Assembly (NCBI GenBank): GCA_964658305.1
Contig: OZ210884.1
Span: 496,001-560,000, forward strand
From: Leptogorgia sarmentosa
Lineage: Eukaryota
Reading direction: 5' to 3'
Length of the DNA: 64,000 nucleotides
This document shows, one piece after another, positions 54,901 through 64,000 of this stretch. The notes under the pieces are model-generated. The model was not told the DNA's origin. It did no database searches and saw only the letters and a list, made by a program, of their open reading frames with translations. Position 1 is the stretch's first letter; every line of letters starts with the position of its first letter. The position numbers and the translations under genes were made by a program.

Positions 54901-57900
54901 TCAAAGGAATCTCAACAGGAGCAATAGCAAATATACCATACCAGGTGAAGGGACTTGATTGCTTTTGAGGCGTCCATTTTGAATGGTGTCGCCACCAAAT
55001 TTACCATGCGTATTCAACATGTCACGGGCAATGGGCAGCGAAAATTTTGTAAACCTGTGATAAAAAATACGAGCAAGGGCATGATGATGGGTAACCCGTT
55101 GTTTCAAAGGAATCTCAACAGGAGCAATAGCAAATATACCATACAAGGTGAAGGGACTTGATTGCTTTTGTGGCTTCCATTTTGAATGGTGTCGCCACCA
55201 AATTTACCATGCGTATTCATCATGCAAAGGTCAATGTACCTCGAAAATGTCGTAAACCTGTGAAAAAAATACGAGCAAGGGCATGATGATGGGTAACCCG
55301 TTGTTTCAAAGGAATCTCAACAGGAGCAATAGCAAATATACCATACAAGGTGAAGGGACTTGATTGCTTTTGTGGCTTCCATTTTGAATGGTGTCGCCAC
55401 CAAATTTACCATGCGTATTCAACATGTCAAGGGCAATGGGAGGCGAAAATTTTGTAAACCTGTGATAAAAATACGAGCAAGGGCATGATGATGGGTAACC
55501 CGTTGTTTCAAAGGAATCTCAACAGGAGCAATAGCAAATATACCATACCAGGTGAAGGGACTTGATTGCTTCTGTGGCGTCCATTTTCATTGGTGTCGCC
55601 ACCAAATTTACCCTGCGTATTCCCCACACAAAGGGCACTGTGCAGCAAAAATTTCGTAAACCTGTGATAAAAACACGAGCAAGGGCATGATGATGGGTAA
55701 CCCGTTGTTGCAAAGGAATCTCAACCGGAGCAATAGCAAATATACCATACAAGGTAAAGGAACATGATTGCTTCTGTGGCTTCCATTTTGAATGGTGTTG
55801 CCACCAAATTTACCATGCGTATTCACCATGCCAAGGAAATGTGCAGCGAAATTTTCGTAAACCTGTGATAAAAATACGAGCAAGGGCATGTTGATGGGTA
55901 ACCAGTTGTTTCAAAGGAATCTCAACAGGAGCAATAGCAAACATACCATACAAGCTGAAGGGACTTGATTGCTTCTGTGGCTTCCATTTTGAATGGTGTC
56001 GCCACCAAATTTACCATGCGTATTCATCATGCAAAGGTCAATGTACCTCGAAAATGTCGTAAACCTGTGAAAAAAATACGAGCAAGGGCATGATGATGGG
56101 TAACCCGTTTTTTCAAAGGAATCTCAACAGGAGCAATAGCAATATACCATACCAGTTGAACGGACTTGATTGCTTTTGTGGCGTCCATTTTGAATGGTGT
56201 CGCCACCAAATTTACCCTGCGTATTCATCATGCAAAGGTCAATGTACCTCGAAAATGTCGTAAACCTGTGAAAAAAATACGAGCAATGGCATGATGATGA
56301 GTAACCCGTTGTTTCAAAGGAATCTCAACAGGAGCAATAGCAAATATACCATACAAGGTGAAGGAACTTGATTGCTTCTGTGGCTTCCATTTTGAATGGT
56401 GTCGCCACCAAATTTACCATGCGTATTCAACATGCCAAGGGCAATGCGCAGCGAAAATTTTGTAAACCTGTGATAAAAATACGAGCAAGGGCATGATGGT
56501 GGGTAACCCGTTGTTTCAAAGGAATCTCAACAGGAGCAATAGCAAACATACCATACAAGGTGAAGGGATTTGATTGCTTCTGTGACTTCTATTTTGAATG
56601 GTGTCGCCACCAAATTTACCATGCGTATTCATCATGCAAAGGTCAATGTACCTCGAAAATGTCGTAAACCTGTGAAAAAAATCCGAGCAAGGCCATGATG
56701 ATGGGTAACCCATTGTTTCAAAGGAATCTCAACAGGAGCAATAGCAAATATACCATACCAGTTGAAGGGACTTGATTGCTTTTGTGGCGTCCATTTTGAA
56801 TGGTGTCGCCACCAAATTTACCATGCGTATTCATCATGCGAAGGTCAATGTGCCGCGAAAATCTCGTAAACCTGTGATAAAAATACGAGCAAGGGCATGA
56901 TGATGAGTAACCCGTTGTTTCAAAGGAATCTCAACAGGAGCAATAGCAAATATACCATACCAGGTGAAGGGACTTAATTGCTTTTGTGGCTTCCATTTTG
57001 AATGGTGTCGCTACCAAATTTACCCTGCGTATTCTTCATGCAAAGGTCAATGTACCTCAAAAATGTCGTAAACCTGTGAAAAAAATACGAGCAAGGGCAT
57101 GATGATGGGTAACCCGTTGTTTCAAAGGAATCTCAACAGGAGCAATAGCAAATATACCATACCAGTTGAAGGGACTTGATTGCTTTTGCGGCGTCCATTT
57201 TGAATGGTGTCGCCACCAAATTTACCATGCGTATTCATCGTGCAAAGGTCAATGTGCCGCGAAAATCTCGTAAACCTGTGATAAAAATACGAGCAAGGGC
57301 ATGATGATGAGTAACCCGTTGTTTCAAAGGAATCTCAACAGGAGCAATAGCAAATATACCATACCAGGTGAAGGGACTTAATTGCTTTTGTGGCTTCCAT
57401 TTTGAATGGTGTCGCTACCAAATTTACCCTGCGTATTCATCATGCAAAGGTCAATGTACCTCGAAAATGTCGTAAACCTGTGAAAAAAATACGAGCAAGG
57501 GCATGATGATGGGTAACCCGTTGTTTGAAAGGAATCTCAACAGGAACAATAGCAAATATACCATACCAGGTGAAGGGACTTAATTGCTTCTGTGGCTTCC
57601 ATTTTGAATGGTGTCGCTACCAAATTTACCCTGCTTATTCCACACACCAAGGGCAATGTACAGCGAAAATTTCGTAAACCCGTGATAAAAATACGAGCAT
57701 GGGCATGATGATGGGTAACCCGTTGTTGCAAAGGAATCTCAACAGGAGCAATAGCAAACACACCATACAAGGTGAAGGGAGTTGATTGCTTCTGTGGCTT
57801 CCATTTTGCATGGTGTCGCCACCAAATTTACCATGCGTATTCATCATGCGAAGGTCAATGTACCTCGAAAATGTCGTAAACCTGTGAAAAAAATACGAGC

Positions 57901-60900
57901 AAGGGCATGATGATGGGTAACCCGTTGTTTCAAAGGAATCTCAACAGGAACAATAGCGAATATACAATACAAGGTGAAGGAACTTGATTGCTTCTGTGGC
58001 TTCCATTTTGAATGGTGTTGCCACTAAATTTGCCATGCATATTGACCATGCCAAGGGCAATGTGCAGCGAAAATTTCGTAAACCTGTGATAAACATTCGA
58101 GCAAGAGCATGATGGTGGGTAACCCGTTGTTTCAAAGGAATCTCAACAGGAGCAATAGCAAACACACCATACAAGGTGAAGGGAGTTGATTGCTTCTGTG
58201 GCTTCCATTTTGCATGGTGTCGCCACCAAATTTACCATGCGTATTCATCATGCGAAGGTCAATGTGCCGCGAAAATGTCGTAAACCTGTGATAGGAATAC
58301 GAGCAAGGGGATGATGATGAGTAACCCGTTGTTTCAAAGGAATCTCAACAGGAGCAATAGCAAATATACTATACCAGGTGAAGGGACTTAATTGCTTCTG
58401 TGGCTTCCATTTTGAATGGTGTCGCCACCAAATTTACCCTGCGTATTCATCATGCGAAGCTCAATGTGCAGCGAAAATTTTGTAGACCTGTGATAGAAAT
58501 ACGAGCAAGGGCATGATGATGGGTAACCCGTTGTTTCAAAGGAATCTCAACAGGAGCAATAGCAAATATACCATACCAGGTGAAGGGACTTGATTGCTTT
58601 TGAGGCGTCCATTTTGAATGGTGTCGCCACCAAATTTACCATGCGTATTCAACATGTCAAGGGCCATGGGCAGCGAAAATTTTGTAAACCTGTGATAAAA
58701 AATACGAGCAAGGGCATGATGATGGGTAACCCGTTGTTTCAAAGGAATCTCAACAGGAGCAATAGCAAATATACCATACAAGGTGAAGGGACTTGATTGC
58801 TTTTGTGGCTTCCATTTTGAATGGTGTCGCCACCAAATTTACCATGCGTATTCATCATGCAAAGGTCAATGTACCTCGAAAATGTCGTAAACCTGTGAAA
58901 AAAATACGAGCAAGGGCATGATGATGGGTTACACGTTGTTTCAAAGGAATCTCAACAGGAGCAATAGCAAATATACCATACCAGGTGAAGGGACTTGGTT
59001 ACTTTTGTGGCGTCCATTTTGAATGGTGTCGCCACCAAATTTACCATGCGTATTCAACATGTCAAGGGCAATGGGAGGCGAAAATTTTGTAAACCTGTGA
59101 TAAAAATACGAGCAAGGGCATGATGATGGGTAACCCGTTGTTTCAAAGGAATCTCAACAGGAGCAATAGCAAATATACCATACCAGGTGAAGGGACTTGA
59201 TTGCTTCTGTGGCGTCCATTTTGATTGGTGTCGCCACCAAATTTACCTTGCGTATTCCCCACACAAAGGGCACTGTGCAGCGAAAATTTCGTAAACCTGT
59301 TATAAAAACACGAGCAAGGGCATGATGATGGGTAACCCGTTGTTGCAAAGGAATCTCAACCGGAGCAATAGCAAATATACCATACAAGGTGAAGGAACAT
59401 GATTGCTTCTGTGGCTTCCATTTTGAATGGTGTCGCCACCAAATTTACCATGCGTATTCATCATGCAAAGGTCAATGTACCTCGAAAATGTCGTAAACCT
59501 GTGAAAAAAATACGAGCAAGGGCATGATGATGAGTAACCCGTTGTTTCAAAGGAATCTCAACAGGAGCAATAGCAAATATACCATACAAGGTGAAGGAAC
59601 TTGATTGCTTCTGTGGCTTCCATTTTGAATGGTGTCGCCACCAAATTTACCATGCGTATTCAACATGCCAAGGGCAATGCGCAGCGAAAATTTTGTAAAC
59701 CTGTGATAAAAATACGAGCAAGGGCATGATGGTGGGTAACCCGTTGTTTCAAAGGAATCTCAACAGGAGCAATAGCAAACATACCATACAAGGTGAAGGG
59801 ATTTGATTGCTTCTGTGACTTCCATTTTGAATGGTGTCGCCACCAAATTTACCATGCGTATTCATCATGCAAAGGTCAATGTACCTCGAAAATGTCGTAA
59901 ACCTGTGAAAAAAATACGAGCAAGGGCATGATGATGGGCAACCCGTTGTTTCAAAGGAATCTCAACAGGAGCAATAGCAAATATACCATACCAGTTGAAG
60001 GGACTTGATTGCTTTTGTGGCGTCCATTTTGAATGGTGTCGCCACCAAATTTACCATGCGTATTCATCATGCGAAGGTCAATGTGCCGCGAAAATCTCGT
60101 AAACCTGTGATAAAAATACGAGCAAGGGCATGATGATGAGTAACCCGTTGTTTCAAAGGAATCTCAACAGGAGCAATAGCAAATATACCATACCAGGTGA
60201 AGGGACTTAATTGCTTTTGTGGCTTCCATTTTGAATGGTGTCGCTACCAAATTTACCCTGCGTATTCATCATGCAAAGGTCAATGTACCTCAAAAATGTC
60301 GTAAACCTGTGAAAAAAATACGAGCAAGGGCATGATGATGGGTAACCCGTTGTTTCAAAGGAATCTCAACAGGAGCAATAGCAAATATACCATACCAGTT
60401 GAAGGGACTTGATTGCTTTTGTGGCGTCCATTTTGAATGGTGTCGCCACCAAATTTACCATGCGTATTCATCATGCGAAGGTCAATGTGCCGCGAAAATC
60501 TCGTACACCTGTGATAAAAATACGAGCAAGCGCATGATGATGAGTAACCCGTTGTTTCAAAGGAATCTCAACAGGAGCAATAGCAAATATACCATACCAG
60601 GTGAAGGGACTTAATTGCTTTTGTGGCTTCCATTTTGAATGGTGTCGCTACCAAATTTACCCTGCGTATTCATCATGCAAAGGTCAATGTACCTCGAAAA
60701 TGTCGTAAACCTGTGAAAAAAATACGAGCAAGGGCATGATGATGGGTAACCCGTTGTTTCAAAGGAATCTCAACAGGAACAATAGCAAATATACCATACC
60801 AGGTGAAGGGACTTAATTGCTTTTGTGGCTTCCATTTTGAATGGTGTCGCTACCAAATTTACCCTGCGTATTCATCATGCAAAGGTCAATGTACCTCAAA

Positions 60901-61782
60901 AATGTCGTAAACCTGTGAAAAAAATACGAGCAAGGGCATGATGATGGGTAACCCGTTGTTTCAAAGGAATCTCAACAGGAGCAATAGCAAATATACCATA
61001 CCAGTTGAAGGGACTTGATTGCTTTTGTGGCGTCCATTTTGAATGGTGTCGCCACCAAATTTACCATGCGTGTTCACCATGCAAAGAGCAATGAGCAGCA
61101 AAAATTTCGTAAACCTGTGATAAAAATACGAGCAAGGGCATGACATTGGGCAACCCGTTGTTTCAAACGAATCTGAACAAGAGCAATAGCAAATTTACCA
61201 TACAAGTTGAAGGGATTTGATTGCTTCTGTGGCATCCATTTTGAAAGGTGTCGCTACCAAATTTACCATGTGTATTCACCATGACAAGGGCAATGCGCAC
61301 CGAAAATGTCGTAAACCTGTGATAAAAATACGAGCAAGGGCATGATAATGGGTAACCCGTTGTTTCAAAGGAATCTCAACAGGAGCAATAGCAAAGATAC
61401 CATACCAGGTGAAGGGACTTGATTGCTTCTGTGGTTTCGAATTTGAATGGTATCTCCACCAAATTTACCATGCCTATTCACCATGCAAAGGGCAATGTGC
61501 AACGAAAAATTCGTAAACCTGTGATAAAAATTCGAGCAAGGGCATGATGATGGGTAACCCGTTGTTTCAAAGGAATCTCAACAGCAGCAATAGCAAATAT
61601 ACCATACCAGGTGAAGGGATTTGATTGCTTCTGTGGCTTCTATTTTGAATGGTGTAGCCTCCACATTTGCCATGCGTATTCACCATGCCAAGAGCATTGC
61701 GCAGCGAAAATTTCGTAAACCTGTGATAAAAATATGAGCAAGGGCATGATGATGGGTAACCCGTTGTTTCAAACGAATCTCA
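21951..61782. repeat. Tandem satellite B, right domain (almost strictly 202-bp monomers, ~197 copies)
   Basis: Same family as 5097-14381, resuming exactly in register after the TSD. Repeated ORF offsets are multiples of 202 within 1 bp (1010, 1415, 2827, 3030, 3635, 5858, 6060, 6464). Confidence 0.97.
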
Positions 61783-62158
61783 CCTGGTATGGTAAATTTG
61801 CTATTGCTCCTGTTCAGATTCGTTTGAAACAACGGCTTACCCACCATCATGCCCTTGCTCGTATTTTTATCACAGGTTTACGAAATTGCTGGTGCACATT
61901 GCACTTGGCATCGTGAATACACATGGAAAATTTGGTGCAGATACCATTCAAATTCGAAGCCACAGAATCAATCAAATCCCTTCACCTGGTATGGTAAATT
62001 TGCTATTGCTCCTGTTCAGATTCGTTTGAAATAAAGGGTTACCCATCATCATGCCCTTGCTCGTATTGTTATCAAAGGTTTACGAAATTGCAGGTGGACA
62101 TTGCTCTTGGCACGGTGAATACACATGGTAAATTTGGTGGCAACACCATTCAAATTCG
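61780..62158 (-). repeat. About 1.9 inverted, diverged satellite B monomers ending the array
   Basis: TCACCTGGTATGGTAAATTTGCTATTGCTCCTGTTCAGATTC... is the reverse complement of the monomer and recurs ~202 bp later (~61982). Confidence 0.95.
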
Positions 62159-62313
62159 TGGTTCCTGCTCCTCAACATTCTGTCCTGAAATAGAATTCAA
62201 AAGCTAATAGAGAAATTATTATCATAAACCCTGTTTCTTTTTAAAAACTTTTTTGCATACTACTAAAATATTACATTTACAGTACATATTAATCTAGCAG
62301 TAGTATATAACTA

Positions 62314-63139
62314 CCGGGTGTCCCAAAAAAAGTACTCCGGTAAAGTCCGGTTTGATTCGTAACAACTTTTGAACGAGTGAAGCTATGAAACAAAAACAAT
62401 TCACAGTAGATAGAGGGAAGACTAACTTAGATTTTGATATATTGCATTTGTATTTTAGTTAAAAATTCACGAAGATATTCGTGTTCAAAATCGGTAGCGT
62501 ACTTTCGGATGTGTCGAAAATATAGCAAAAACGCGGTATCAAAATTGATCAAGCTTTACTCAACTTGAACACACATTTGGGTGACTTATATTTCCATAAA
62601 TTATTACTCAGGTTTGTAAGTCATATAGGTATAGTTTAGAGAATTTTTGAGCATTTGTTAAATATTTTTCCCAAAATGTTGGATGGCCCAGGGGAGTTAT
62701 AATTAATTATGTCTTATCCATGGAGTTATGGTTTGATTGTGTTTCATTTCGAGTTTTTTTTAAACATGCCAAGATTAAATAAAGAACAAAGAGTTTGGGT
62801 ATGCTTGGAGCATGGAAGATGTGGAATGCAGCAGAAGTTCGAAGACGATGGCCGGATCGTTGGGGTAAAACTCCAGCCCCAACTAAACGAACTATTTGAA
62901 TAACGCTTAGTTAATTTAATTGATACGCCATTTTTTGCATATTTTACACACATCCAGAAATATGCTCTTCATTTTGAACATTAATATTTCCGTCAATGAC
63001 AAAGTAAAATACAAGTGTAATATATCAAAATCTAAGTTAGTCTTCCCTCTATCTACTGCGAGTTGGTTTTGTTTAATAGCTTCACTCGTTCAAAAGTTAT
63101 TACGAATCAAACCGGAGCACTTTTTTTTGGGACACCCGG
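62314..63139 (+). mobile_element. Non-autonomous Tc1/mariner-superfamily element with long (~250-bp) imperfect TIRs, 826 bp
   Basis: TA|CCGGGTGTCCCAAAAAAAGT... and ...ACTTTTTTTTGGGACACCCGG|TA. Inverted similarity extends inward through CAGTAGATAGAGGGAAGACTAACTTAGATTTTGATATATT to about 62560/62895. TA at both ends. Confidence 0.92.
62766..62899 (+). pseudogene. Truncated, frameshifted N-terminus of a mariner-like transposase (HTH)
   Basis: MPRLNKEQRVWVCLEHGR then, after a 1-nt frameshift at ~62820, WNAAEVRRRWPDRWGKTPAPTKRTI. The EQR...V.R...P..RTI pattern resembles the DUF4817-type N-terminal HTH of mariner-like transposases. It ends where the right TIR begins. Confidence 0.65.
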
Positions 63140-64000
63140 TATAAATAGTAAATTGAATGTATACCATTTCCACCCTGTGCATGAATGTCTATATGAACAT
63201 AAAAAAGTTATATGTCAGCATGTTTATAAAAATGTACCTGGTAGACTTATAACATAAAATTTAATGCATGTGTGCGAAGTGCATTTGTGTATTAATGTAG
63301 TATTTAGGTAGTGTCTCAGTTTTGTTGATTGTACATACCCAACACATCATTATTCTTTACATTTGCCACTATATATGCAACGAAAACAAAATAGTATTAG
63401 TTTTTTTACTATTAGTGTTTTACGATAAAACGGGAGAACGTCAAATAATTTGACATTTCTGAAATGAATTTTTATTAATTCAGTAGTATTTTAATTCTCA
63501 ACTTACTTTCTTCCCCAAGAGTCTTGTCGTCTAGATAGGACATAAAACAAAATAGACATAAAACTATCAAAACGGGTTGTACTCGAATTTAAGCAGGTTT
63601 TCATAAACAATTCATACCTTCAATATTCGTTTCTATTTTTCTATATCGAAAAATACATAAAACAAACTTTTAACTTTTAAAAGAGCTAGCTGTAAAGATT
63701 GTTTTCGAGCTCAAAGGACGCAAAACTAAAAGCTTAAATAATTTTTAAAAAACTGAGTAAAACAAAGTAAATTTGAACCAAAATTCAAAGTTTGTTTAGG
63801 CAATTTGCTTAGGCAACAGTGAAATAATAATTTGGAAGAAATATTAAAAAAATAACCATAATTTAATGATACAAATACTTGAACTTACTTCTTCAGCCCG
63901 TCTGAATCACTGAGCTAAAAAATTACTGGAGAGAGTGCACGCCACCACAGAGGATATATTATACAGAGATATAACTAATGTAAATCAATATGAAAAAACT

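Noticed and set aside
21951..61782. CRISPR-like constant-repeat/variable-spacer appearance
   Set aside because: The variable segments are homologous alleles of each other rather than unique spacers, the constant part is over 150 bp, there are no cas genes and the context is eukaryotic.
4956..62034. Numerous 60-127-aa ORFs in satellite B (e.g. MPLLVFLSQVY..., MYGIFAIAPVEIP...)
   Set aside because: They are chance translations of a 202-bp unit that is not a multiple of 3, occur in several frames on both strands, are broken by stops in nearly every monomer and show no domain motifs.
63142..64000. AT-rich flank as a possible gene, promoter or further transposon
   Set aside because: No credible ORF, terminal repeat pair or RNA-gene structure that I can support by eye.

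Overview
Eukaryotic, most likely invertebrate animal, heterochromatin; no host gene is recognisable. Layout: (1) 1-5083, an AT-rich 141-bp satellite arranged mostly as alternating A/B monomers (282-bp dimer). (2) After a 13-bp filler, an unrelated ~202-bp satellite array of about 49 kb (5097-~62158 excluding the insertion), with multi-monomer duplications, different monomer subfamilies on either side of the insertion, a degenerate right edge and a terminal fold-back inversion. (3) Inside that array, a full-length minus-strand BEL/Pao LTR retrotransposon (14382-21950) with 243-bp LTRs, a GGCAT target duplication, a tRNA-Arg-like PBS and a PPT. Its single gag-pol ORF is broken by indels and by (4) a nested 1.2-kb non-coding TIR element with a 5-bp TSD. 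(5) Just outside the array, an 826-bp TA-flanked long-TIR Tc1/mariner deletion derivative with a frameshifted transposase N-terminus. Almost all short ORFs in the track are chance satellite translations. I see no convincing novel gene system. The most interesting signals are structural: the subfamily boundary at the retrotransposon, the duplicated U3 end in both LTRs, the 5-bp-TSD hAT-like element with an internal palindrome, recurrent ~18-mer duplications, a GGGTTAGGG monomer variant and the fold-back array end.
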